Source of the DNA: Octopus vulgaris
Lineage: Eukaryota
NCBI GenBank assembly: GCA_951406725.2
Contig: OX597834.1
Coordinates: 33,542,001-33,606,000, forward strand
Direction: 5' to 3'
DNA length: 64,000 nucleotides
Positions 1-13,345 of this stretch are shown here, piece by piece; position 1 is the first letter of the stretch; the number at the start of each line of letters is the position of its first letter. A program made the position numbers and the translations under genes. The notes below the pieces were generated by a model. That model was given only the letters and a program-made list of their open reading frames with translations, made no database searches and was not told the origin of the DNA.

Positions 1-975
1 TTTGTTACACTCACACATAAATCTGATGTGCAGCAAGAGTTATCTCCCTTGAACTTCCCTTGACTTCTTTCACAGCTTCTATCGAGTCGTGGTAGTTTTT
101 AATAAACTCATGCCCGCCTTTTGTCTATCACGTTCTTCCCCTCGATACTTTTTATGTAGCACAAGCATTTACTTAAGTATATTCAGACATAGGTATATGA
201 GTACATAGTTACATAAGTGCATTGATAGATATGTATGTATATCAACATGCATATAGGTATACACAGGTATTTTGGTTTGTGTGTGTACATAAATAGATAG
301 GTAGGTGGGTTTGGTATGCATGGATTAATGTATGCAGATATGTAGGTAGGTAACAATGATGAAAATGACCATTACAATAGTTGACAGATCTTGACCATTT
401 TGGTACCAGTCCTCGAGATGACCACCTCTAATGATCTAACATATGACGAAGCCTCTACTCTATATGATCTCTTGATTTGCAAGAGATAACAGCTAAATTT
501 CCCGTAAATTATACCCCACCATCTTAGAAAAGAATACAGTGTATAAAGACAAGTGGGTTTGTTGCACATTAGTAAAAGGCAGGATTGTCATGGTAGGAAT
601 GTCTTTAATCAAAGATCTTCTCTGTCAGAGCTGGCCTGTGGCTAAAACAACAACAACCCTTTGGTCTGTGACACAAAACTTCTTGTTTCAAGTGGTCGTA
701 TCTAAATAAAAAAAATTCCCATCATTATTTTCTGCAAGAATAAGATGCAAGGCATGGCTTTGTGGTAAAAAGTTTACTTCCTGACCACATGGTTTCAGGT
801 TCAGTCCCACTTGGTGACACTTTGGGTGTCTTCTACTATAGCCTTGGGTTGAGTAAAGACTTATGAGTGGATCTCTCTCTCTCTCTCCATATATAGTATG
901 TATGTATATCCAAATTAAAGGAGCGGAACAGGTAAAATTCAGGCTACAAATGTTTCCTAGCTAGCAGATCCCCTG

Positions 976-2232
976 ATGTATGTGGTTGTCTACTCCTTAT
1001 GCAGAGTCTAACCCCCTCTTGTAGTTACATCTTAGATCCATCAAGGTGTCCAATGTGGCTTTTTAAACCAGATAATGTTTTGAAAAAGACACCCACATAG
1101 AGTGCATATCTAATTTGGACCACCAAGAGCTGCAGCTAAGTTCTGATCTTTGTGGATCTTAAAATTACTCAATGAGGGATATTCAGCTAGCTACTCATTA
1201 GGCTGATCACTAACTGCTTAAAGCTTACAAACTCCTTACACTTAGATCCATGGATCTTACAATTACATTTCGATATATGTCTGTATATGTTCATGTTACT
1301 GTCTCTTTGCCTTGACATAACATGATAGTTGTAAATGAGTGTCACTGTTATGTGAGCAGTGTCATTCATTTTCAGTTTTCCATGAAAACATCTTTGGCCA
1401 TGGGGAAAAAAATTACCTTATTTGGAAACAGGTAAGGGTTGGCGACTGGAAGAAGCATGCTGCTCTTGAAAATCTGCTGCAACAAATTCCGTCTGACCCT
1501 TACAAATTTGGAAATGGGGACGATAAGACGATAATGATAATGATAAATTTTTAGTTATGGGCCAGACGTGTAAGTTATATTCTTCACTTACTGGTTCTAG
1601 TCTCTGATGCTAGATTGACTTCTGTATTAGGAAATAAAATGTAGTAGTGTAAGGGGAGATAATTCAATCAAGCCTTTAATACTGCTGGGTATTTCTGCTC
1701 TCACCCAATGTAGATGTACTTTGTGTGTGTGTGTATGCATGTTAATTAATGTTTTAACTTTGGTTATTACTTCCAATTATATGTTTGTGTGTCCGTGTTT
1801 GTCCCCCGCCCCTTCGTTTGACAACCAATGTTGATGCGTTTACATCTCCATAATTTAGGGGTTCGGCAAAAGAGATTGGTGTGTTTATGTTCTCGTAGCT
1901 TAGCAGTTCAGCAAAAGAGATCGATAGAGTAAGTACTAGGATTACAAAGAATAAGTCCTGGGGTCGATTTATTCGACTAATGGTGGTGCTCCAGCATGGC
2001 CGCAGTCAGATAGCTGAAACAATAAAAAAATATATATTTATCTATGTATGTGGTTGTCTACTCCTTATGCAGAGTCTAACCCCCTCTTGTACTTACATCT
2101 TAGATCCATCAAGGTGTCCAATGTGGCTTTTTAAACCAGGCAATGTATTGAAAAGACACCCACATAGAGTGCATATCTAATTTGGACCACCAAGAGCTGC
2201 AGCTAAGTTCTGATCTTTGTGGATCTTAAAAT
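976..2232. repeat. ~190-bp direct duplication (976-1165 and 2044-2232)
   Basis: Near-identical ATGTATGTGGTTGTCTACTCC...GGATCTTAAAAT at both positions. Confidence 0.9.
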
Positions 2233-2562
2233 GTCTTTTGAAGTCTCTGTTAGACTTGCAGACCTTATGGCATACACAGCATTGACAGGTGTGCACAGGT
2301 GTATATGTGTCTTCAAGTTTGCATTTGTTCCCCCACCATGCTTGACAACTAGTTTTAGTCCCTGTAACTTAGCAGTTTGCCAAAACAGATCGATAGAATA
2401 AGTACCAGGCTTTAAAAAAAAAGTACTGGAGCTGATTCGTTCAATTAAAAATTCTTCAAGGCAGTGCCCCAGTTTGGCCACAATCTAATAACTGAAACTA
2501 GTGAAAGGTAAAAGATACATTTTCTCACTCACTTTTTCTTTCTTTCTTTCTTTCTTCTTCAG

Positions 2563-2796
2563 GTAAATACTGCAAAGATGACATAGACGAATGTCTCACA
2601 CAACCAGGTCTGTGCAAGAACGGCGCCACATGCAACAACGAACACGGTAGTTTCTTGTGCATTTGTGTCAACGGATGGACTGGCAAGGTTTGCAGTGAAA
2701 ACATTGATGACTGTGAGAGCCAGCCTTGTTACAATGGTGGAACCTGTCACGATCGGGTTGGCTACTATCACTGTGAATGCCCTCCTTCGAAAACTG
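2563..2796 (+). CDS. Notch: Notch exon, EGF8-9 (234 nt)
   Basis: Pyrimidine tract + AG at 2561-62; [11 protein letters not shown]...CICVNGWTG...CECPPSKT; donor gtaag at 2797. Confidence 0.95.
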
Positions 2797-5700
2797 GTAA
2801 GTTCTGTCTGTGGAAAAATATAGTTTGCACCACCCACCACTGCCATTTCCTACCCCTATTAATATTTACTATTCACAAACATTATCACTATTATCATTCC
2901 TCATCTTTAGTGTCACTCATCACTTGGACTGTCACTCATCACACCTATCATTCCTCACCTCTATCACTCATTGCCCACCACCATAATATACCAACCCTAC
3001 TGTCATTCACAACCCTCTTCTATTACTCACTACTTTAGCGTTCACCACCCTCGTCACTCACCATCCATATCACTCACTACCCTCTTTATCACTTACTACT
3101 CTTTTTATCACTCATTCCCCATCACTCACCTCCATTCTAACATACCCCCCCCCCACAATATTACTTGCTGTTCGCTTTTGCCCTACTGTACCTAATACTA
3201 CATGTAGCATTGGCTACTACTACTAACACTACAACCACTACTATTACATGTAAGCTACCACTACTTGTACTAATCATTATTACTGCAACCAGTCCCACTA
3301 CACTTTATTACGACCACCACAACTACTGTTACTACAACCATCAGCAACACTACTGCTGCTACATTCACTTCAACAATCACTACTACTGCTGCTACTACAA
3401 ACAACACTACAACTACAACTATTATAACTAAGCTACTACTACTACTACTATCACAAATATCATGACAAGGATCTCCACCACCACCACAACCACCATCAAC
3501 ATCACTACTAACCAGAACTACAACCACCATCATATGACCACTACTTCTACAACCACTACTACTACCATGTGACCACTGCCTCCCACACACTGTATTACCA
3601 TCACCACCACTCCTACAGCCACCACCACCACCACCACCACACTCCAAACACTATCATAAGCACTTGACTTCAATGCCAGGAAGTGTGACCTCGGCTCCAG
3701 ATGCGAAAATATGTCCCAAACTTCCTTGGTTTTGAATGTCAGTTATGTAGATTTAGCTGTGCGTAGTATGTCGTCATGTTGTATGGGCTGTAGTAGTAGT
3801 AGTAGTACGTGCTGTAGTAGTAATAGTAGTATGTACTGTTGTGTGGGCTGTAGTTTGTGATTTTTGCAGTGATACTCTGTGTGGATTGATAGCTGTAATT
3901 TCTTGGTCAATGTGTGTACGTGCATGCATGCGCAGTGTGCATATCTTTGCGTGTCTATGTATGTATGTATATATATATTTGCAAATGTGTATGTGTCTGT
4001 CTCTGTTATTTGTCTGCATAAACTTAGTATTAATGTGTGTGTGTGTATAAATATTTGAATTTTTGTATGCATGTATATATATTTATATGTGAGTATGTAT
4101 AAATTATATGTGTGTGCTTCTTTGTTTACATACACTTTTCAAACTGTGCATACACACACACACATACAAATAAAATTCAAAGCCATACAGAAGGCAGTCT
4201 TTATGTTTTATACCTTTCAAAGGTATGCACGTATGTACACCTGAACACACACACACACACTCGCACTATTTTACTTGTTTCAGTCATTTGACTGCGGCCA
4301 TGCTGGAGCACCGCCTTTAGTCGAGCAAATCGACCCCAGGACTTATTCTTTGTAAGCCTAGTACTTATTCTATCGGTCTCTTTTGCCGAACCGCTAAGTT
4401 ACGGGGGACATAAACACACCAGCATCGGTTGTCAAGCAATGTTGGGGGGAACAAACACAGACACACAAACATATATATATATACATATACACGACAGGCT
4501 TCTACACACATACATATATATATATATACATATACACGACAGGCTTCTTTCAGTTTCCGTCTACCAAATCCACTCAAAAGGCTTTAGTCAGCCTGAGGCT
4601 ATGGTAGAAGACACTTGCCCAAAGTGCCACGCAGTGGGACTGAACCCGGAACTATGTGGTTCGTAAGCAAGCTACTTACCACACAACCACTCCTGCGCCT
4701 ATATGGTTATGGTATATTCTGTTAACGCAGCAGAGTGCAGTATAAAGCTTGTCCACCCTCAGATTTCACCCTGTGTGATCCAGTTGTAGTTTCATACATA
4801 CTTCCAGGTTTGCATTCGGGCATCTGTCATGTGTGAACAAATAATTGCAAAAATTGGAGTGAATGAGAAAGAATATGGTTGGACATCTATTTTTTAATCA
4901 CTACAATTGTTTCCACACAATGTTGTTCTCCAGGTGTGCAGGTACTTAATTATGCCACTGTCTCCCTGCATTATGAGATCTAGTTGTCTCCGTAAGTTTA
5001 AAATCTTCAGCTTCAAGAACTTCCTCTCTGTCCGTTGTGGGTTGAATTTAGTAGTAGTCATTGTGACTACTTCTAAATTCAGGTCACAACAGGATGTTCT
5101 TGGAGCTGAGGATTTTAAACTTTCAGAGACAATATTTACATATCGCCTGAGGAAGCACAACTGAATATCATGTGGGTCTATCTACTTAGCTCTGGAACAT
5201 GTAGGGCTATCTACTTGGCCCTGGAATATATAGGGCTATCTACTTGGCCCTGGAACATGTAGGGCTATCTACTTAGCTCTGGAACATGTAGGGCTATCTA
5301 CTTGGTCCTGGAACATGTAGGGCTATCTACTTGAGTATGGAACATGAGTTCTAACAGTGAAGGCCTGACACCCTAGATATAAAACCTGTAAGATTTAACA
5401 ACTAGGCTGACATCAAGGTCCTTAGATTGTTCAGATCCCAGATATTCTCTTTATAGGATCAAAACCCCTGAACTGTTCGAGAATAAGGCTAGAAATATAT
5501 TTTTGTATAGGGGGTTATTAATCTTCATTGTGTGTGTGTGCGTGTGTATCAGTGAGAGATTGTCAGTAAATCAATATGATAAGCAAAATTACGTTTTGGT
5601 ATTCATTTGAGTTATGCCCCTCTATACCAAAGTGGCCTTAGCCATTTAAACAATGGAGATCAATAAGCTAAAAACCTGGCTGAAATAAGTAGTGGTGTGA

Positions 5701-6711
5701 GTGTGTGTGTGTGTGTGTGGGGAGTATCAGTATAATTGCTTATAACCCCTTGAAGGTACAACAATATCAAGACTGAAAGTATATGCACATATGACTGTTG
5801 ACTGGACTGTGGCCATGCTGGGGCACGGTGTCTATGTTACAGTGAATTTTAGATCTACCGTCAGAGCTTTCTATATTTTATCAATCCATAAATTATAGAA
5901 TGCTTGGTTACTTTGAGTTACGTCCCTTCTTGAAGAGTTACCTCCCTGACGATGTTCACATACTACATAGAAATTACACCGATATACACATCATCATCAT
6001 CATCACCAATATCACGTATATCCATGTTTCTACTCACACAGGTCTCCGCTGTCACCTTGAGGATGCTTGTGCCAGCAGCCCTTGCCATGCTGATGCCCTC
6101 TGTTCAACATCTCCCATAGATGGCAACCCTCTCTGTTCCTGTCCCAAAGGATGGCAGGGGAAAGACTGTTCTGAAGATATTGACGAATGTGAAAAAAGTA
6201 AGTACACATGCACTACCTCCTTCTCTTCTCCTCTCTCTCTCTCTCTAATTACCATTATTGTCATCATCATCATGGATTGGACCGAGTTTTTTCAGTCAGT
6301 GATTTAAGGCCAACCCATATAACTGCTGCTTATGATATGCAGTGGTACAGTGTACCTAAACTAAAAAGTAAATACACACAGGTGTTCTTCAGAGGTTTTG
6401 CAAGCTGTTCTAAATCCATTGCAATGCCGTAATAAAATAAAATAATATAAAATCACCATCACCATCATTATCATCATCTGACAGAATCATTAGCATGCTG
6501 GACGAAATGCTTAGTGATATTTTGCCTGTTGCTATGTTCTGAGTTCAAATTCCGCTGAGGTCAACTTTGCCTTTCATCCCTTTGGGGTCAATAAATTAAG
6601 TACCAGTGAAACGCTGGGGTTGATTGTAATTGGCTAGTCCCCTTCACTCCCAAATTTCCAGTCTTGTGCCTTTAATAGAAAGGATTGTTGTTGATGATGA
6701 TGATGATGATG

Positions 6712-6743
<32 letters not shown>

Positions 6744-9639
6744 CCTCCTCCTCCTCTTTAAGCTCTGAGTTCAAATCCTGATGAGGTCAACTTTCTCTTC
6801 CAGCCTGTTGATGTTGATAAAATATAGCACTAGTCAAATACTATGGTATTAACTAACCCTCTTTATACCTATGATAGAAGCATTGATTATAATCTATATT
6901 TTAAAATGTTTTCAGATCATGACTCTCCATGTGAACATGGCGGTACCTGTGTCAATATACCTGGACGCTTCCGCTGCGACTGCATGCCAGGTTTAACTGG
7001 GGACCGATGTGAACAGGACATCAATGAATGTGAACCCCATCCATGTCAGAATGATGGAACCTGTCTCGATGATCGAGGAGGATTTCGGTGTGCTTGTATG
7101 CCAGGTAAGAAACATAGATATTAGTGTTTTTAATGATTGCTATATCAGTTCACCTGTAACTCTGTTTCTAAAACACTTTGTTTTCAAAATGCTCCTAAAT
7201 GACTCTGACCTCTTTTGCTATCATTTTTCGTTTGAAATTCACTGCCTTTTGTTTCAATTAATTTTGAAAATAATGAACAATTTAATAAAATAATTTTATC
7301 ATTATTAAGCTGGGTGTTTGAAATAAATTAACATGAAATTTCGATGGAAACTCTTAATTTAGATCACTTTAATGCTCTCGTTACTGTATTTATTTTGTGA
7401 TACTCCGTGTTTCTTTCAATTAATTTTAAATATCATCATCATCATCATCATCATCGTTTAACGTCCGTTCTCCACGCTAGCATGGGTTGGACGGTTTGAC
7501 CGGGGATCTGGGAAGCCAGAAGGCTGTACCAGGCTCCAGTCTGATCTGGCAGTGTTTCTACAGCTGGATGCCCTTCCTAACGCCAACCACTCCGTGAGTG
7601 TAGTGGGTGCTTTTTACGTGCCACCTGCACAGGTGCCAGGCGAGGCTGGCAACGGCCACGATCGGAATGGTGCATTTTACGGAAGCCATATATCAAAGAA
7701 TTTAGTAAAATAACTTAATTATCATTAAGCTAGTGTTAGGAACTTAAATTGTGACTAAGGTTTAGTGGAAGATATTATGAAAACAATACATTTATACTAC
7801 AGAACCAGAGGCGGTTTCAGCTGGGTTAGTATCGAAAGGGTGAAAGCAAGGACTTTGTATCAAAGAACTCAACGGAAGTTTTGGGTGTGTTTGGTATCAA
7901 AATTTCATGTTAAAAATTTAGCATTTAAACTGGCCATATCTGGCCCAAATATTCTACTTGTTTCTTCATGTTTCAACTGCTCAGATCTGTCTTCTCAGAC
8001 TTAACCCTACAATATTATTTTTAAAATAAATAATCACATCATTAAAACATTAAAGCTATGAGACCAATGTAGGATAAATTGAAACCAATGTAAATAAATA
8101 AGCATTACAATTGACAAAGTAATCTGAAATGCCAAATGGTGAACTTGTGTTCCAAGCACCAGCTTAATAATGACAAAAGTTACTATTACTGCATTTTGTC
8201 ATTATATTTTCAAAATTAATTAAAAACAAAAACATTATATTTCAACAGAAATATGATAACCAAAGGGTTAACTTTCTTTCTAATTATCTGTCTCACTGTT
8301 TTTCTCTATATATTTCAATCTCTCTCTCTCCTCTTTATATATTTTACACTTTTATATTTACATACATATATATACATATTTATTTATACATATATATTTA
8401 TATTTCACTCTACTTCTCTTTCTCCCCACCCCAGCTCTAATTAAGGTCTGAATCTAAGTCTCAGGCTCAAGTGGTTTGCTCCTAACTCTACCAACCAGTG
8501 TTGTCTTCTGCACAGATCCTCACTGACCAAGTCCTTGACAGTTTCCCTCCCCCCCCACCCATCTTCTACTGGCCTCTCATTTATAGAAGCAGAGGAGTCA
8601 TATGCTGGGGGTAGGGGAGTGGCCGTGTGTGGTGGTGGTGGGGAGTATAGTGGACTGCGCAATGACCCAATTCTTTTTATTGCATCTTTCACTCTTCATC
8701 TGCCTCCTCCTCACCTCTCATGTTTTCTTGTTATTAACAGAATCAACATACATGTATGGCTGTTTATGCACTTTGTGTGTGCATATATAAATATAGATAC
8801 AAACACATTTATATATGTATTTCTTTACTACCCACAAGGGGCTAAACACAGAGGGGACAAACAAGGGCAGACAAACAGATTAAGTCGATTGCATCCACCC
8901 CAGTGCGTAACTGGTACTTAATTTATCGACCCCGAAAGGATGAAAAGCAAAGTCGACCTCGGCGGAATTTGAACTCGGAACGTAATGACAGACGAAATAC
9001 GGCTACACATTTCGCCCGTCGTGCTAACGTTTCTGCCAGCTCACCGCCTTTTATATATGGTCGACCTGAGACTGTAGTAGAAGGCACTTGCTCAAGGTGC
9101 CAGACAGTGGAACTGATCTCAGAACCATGTGGTTTGGAAACAAGCTTCTTACCACACAGCCATGCTCAATAATCTTTTCTTTTCCCATAGAGTGAGGAAA
9201 GTGTTATTCCACGCATTATTCCTCATTAAAAGCTTTGCTTTTATGTTTGTTTTTGATACCTATGTTTCTGCCCAACAGTCTGATTGTCTGAAAACAAGAG
9301 GACGGCTAAGGACACTCGTTTCTGCCTCAATAGTTATCATCAGCACAGCAAGTGTCCCATCTTATCTTTAATAGATGAGGAACTTATACATATATGGTGT
9401 GGGTAATGAGTAAGGACAAATAACTTTGAGTAGCTAGTGGCATGCATTTGGACAATGAAAATAAATAAAGGCTATGGACGTATTCTTTTACTGGTTTCAG
9501 TCATTGGTCTGTGGCCATGCTGGGGCACCATCAAGGGATTTTAGTTAGTCATATTGATCTTAGTAGTTATTTAAGTCTCGCTGGTACTTATTTTGACAGT
9601 CTCTACTTGTTGAACTGCTCTGTCACCGATTATACATAT

Positions 9640-9689
<50 letters not shown>

Positions 9690-9905
9690 ATGTATTTATG
9701 TGTCTGTGTTTGTCCCCACACCATCGTTTGACAAACAATGTTGATGTGTTTACATCTCCATAATTTAGGGGTTTGGCAAAAGAGATCGATAGAATAATTA
9801 ACTAGGCTTACAAAGAATAAATCCTGGGGTTCATTTGTTTGACTAAAACCCCTTAAGGTGGTGCTACAGCATGGCTGTAGTCAAATGACTGAAACAAATA
9901 AAAGA

Positions 9906-9965
<60 letters not shown>

Positions 9966-12900
9966 TACATACACACACACACACACACAAACCCACACAT
10001 TACACATTCTGTTATAGGTTTGATGACAGTGTGTATGATTTGTGTAGTGTCAGCAGTTGTTGTGAGGTAAAATATTTTCTGAACTTACTGGAAGAGAATT
10101 CTGAAGTCGTTGGGTTGAGTTGTATGTTTGGGAAATATTTTGGAGAATGTGTGGTCACTGTCAAACATCACCAAGATACACAAGAGGGTTGAAACATTTA
10201 GTTGTATGATTTTTATTCTCTGTCTCTTGTGTACGCACACACACACAGTCATTCACTCTCTTCCTCTCACACTATCTCATTCACTTGCCCTCACACACAC
10301 ACACACACATATATACATACTCAAACATGCACATATACACACTCATACACTCTCTTTCTCTCTTACACACACTCTTTTAATTGCATGCACACGTACACAC
10401 ATGCACTCTTTCTTTTACCCACACACACACTACCACACAAACACCTACCTACCACATAGACCTCTCTACCACACATTCATACTCACACATTCTGCCTTTC
10501 TCTCTCTCACACACACACGTGCACACTCTCAACTATTTCTTGTTGTCCTTAAAAAAAGTCTTCAGTTTCCTGTGAAACAGTCTTTGTTGTGAAAGAAAGA
10601 TTGAAGACATAAAAATAGACAAATACATATAATAAATAAATAACTCATTTTTATTTAGTTGTTAGTTCAAAACCAGGGTTTTTCACACACGTCTTGGTCT
10701 CTTCAATATAAGAGCTCATTTTTAAGCCATACAGACACACATATTTATATTTACACACACACACTTTTCCATTTATTTCTTCTGTCCTTTCATATTTGTG
10801 TCTGTCTATGTGCATGTGTTTGGGGCCTCTGTATGTTTGCTTTTAATAGCCTAGTGGATAAGTCATGAGATCTTTGCTTCAGTATACATATATATATATT
10901 GCCAGCCTCACCTGGCCCCCGTGCTGGTGGCACGTAAAAAGCACCATCCGATAGTGGCCGTTTGCCAGCCTCGTCTGGCACCTGTGCCGGTGGCATGTAA
11001 AAAGCACCCACTACACTCACGGAGTGGTTGGTGTTAGGAAGGGCATCCAGCCGTAGAAACATTGCCAAATCAGATTGGGCCTGGTGCAGCCTTCTGGCTT
11101 CCCAGACCCCAGTTGAACCTTCCAACCCATGCTAGCATGGAAAGCAGACGCTAAACGATGATGATGATGATATCGTCATTTAACATCCATTTTCCATGTT
11201 GGCATGGGTTGGATGGTTTTACAGGATCTGGCCAGCTGGAGAGCCACCTGGGCCCATGTCTGTTTTGGCATGGCTTCTACAGCTGGATGCCCTTCCTAAT
11301 GCCAGCCACTTTACGGAGTGTACTGGGTGCTCATACACAGCACTGGCATGGGTGCTTTTATGTGACACCAGCACCCAGGAGTCCACAAGATTAGGAACAC
11401 TCAGCTGAAGAGGGATCCAGGGGTCATGCCTGTACGCAAGGACAACTATGATTTTACTTATCCTGATGTAGTTTTTCAAGCACAGCAAACCACTAGAAGT
11501 CTCGGTCCCCTGTCATACCCTCAGTGAGGCCCAAAATTTGAAGATCCTTTCTTACCACTTCCTGCCATGTCTTCCTGGGTCCACCCATCCCAGAATTAGA
11601 GCTTGGCACTTCTTGATGCACCTGTCTTTATTCATGGACATCACATGACTGTACTGTGTTGGTGAGAAGTCTGCTTCCCTACCATGCATGGTTTCAGGTT
11701 CAATCCCACAGCATGGCTCCTTGTGCACTGGGGGTGAACAAATATTTGAGTGAATTTGGTTGATAGAAACTGAAAGTGGCTTGTCATATGTGCATGCATA
11801 TGTGTGTGTGTATCTCCCCAATTCTTCTGTATCTACACTCTCTTTTGTACATCTCTTGGACATATTACCATGAGGGTGCATTATAGCACCTTGTTGCCTT
11901 CGTATTGACCTCTGTTTGAACTCCACTCCAACATTCCCCATCAACCCATGTAAAATACAAGGTACCCATGAATCTCATTCATAAACAGTAAACCTGTTCT
12001 TGCTATCCCGATAATGATTTTAACCTCTTGACACTTTGCTTAAAGTGTCCACTCTGTCCTTTTCCCATCTGTCGAGAGACCTCTTCAGTTTTGCTAGTTA
12101 CACGGTAACCTCATAAGTGATGGCTTCACAAGAAAAGAACCAAATACACTCTGTAAAGTGGCTAGCATTAGGAAGGACACACACCTGCAGACATTATGCC
12201 AAAACTGTGACACTGGAGCGAGATATATTCTCCTGACCTGTTGGATCCTATCAAAATGTCCAACCTGTACTATAAGTGAACATGGACATAAAATAATGAT
12301 GGTATCATATGTATATGTATGCAGATATACACACACACACACACGTGTGTGTTTATGTGTGTTTGTCTCGCTTTTCTGTCTGTTATGTTTCTGCCCAGTG
12401 TTCGTCTATTTTGCCCTTTGCTGTTTAACTTTTGAAATATATAGATAGATATATCTAAGAATAAGAACTTTTGGATGAAAATTCATAAATCCTTTAATGC
12501 ATTGCTATGCACATTTCCACAAACTTCATGTTTTAGTTGTTGTATTCCCCCATCCATAGGATATTACAAATCTGATTTGCAAAATCCATGGATTTTACAG
12601 GGAATATTAATTTTATGAGTATACTCAAAAACGTTTCATATAATTAGATTTAAAGGATATATAGCTATTAAACCTTTTTTATTTTCTTTCTCTGCTTATT
12701 TCTGTGTTTCTTTCTGTTGAGGAGTGTATGCTTGAAATGTAAAAGACTTTCTCACTTCCCGAGCATCAAACTAATACATGTTTGTGGTTTACACACCCGT
12801 CTTCGTCTTTTTTTTTTTTTTTTGTAAATTCCATCGCTATATATACATACACAAACACACATTTTGTTGTCATTGTGGCAGTATAGAAGAGCCAATGTAA

Positions 12901-13301
12901 AAACAAACCATAATGATAGGTGTGTGTGTGTGTGTGATTTGTATCCTCATGACCATTTTTACATCTGCTCCTCCATGCTGCTATGGGTTGAATTGGAGTT
13001 TTTTTTTCTTTTAAAGCCAGTGTTTCTATGGCCTGATGCCCTTCCTGGCACCAGCCTTTTTGTTGCCTCTCAAGGTGTACCGGTTCTAAAAACTAGGATG
13101 CAGACACCATCAAAGTGTAAATTATACTCTATAGATAGCCCAAAGATTATCACAGTTGACAGCATGTGATGAATTTGGTTCTATATTCAGCAACATGGAA
13201 AACTTGGCTATTCTTAATAACAAAGAACTGTGTGTATGTGTGTGCATGCGTGTTAGTATGTGTGTGTATACATGCACATACATACACACATATATATATA
13301 C

Positions 13302-13345
<44 letters not shown>

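Noticed and set aside
4630-4701. tRNA gene
   Set aside because: The A/B-box-like sequence is the head of a SINE, and no cloverleaf can be formed.
5178-5347. CRISPR-like 30-bp repeats
   Set aside because: The units are contiguous with no unique spacers, there are no cas genes, and the context is a eukaryotic intron.
8441-8692. Minus-strand 83-aa ORF with a PPAY motif as a nested gene
   Set aside because: No ATG start, no recognisable family, no partner exons, and an upstream in-frame stop.
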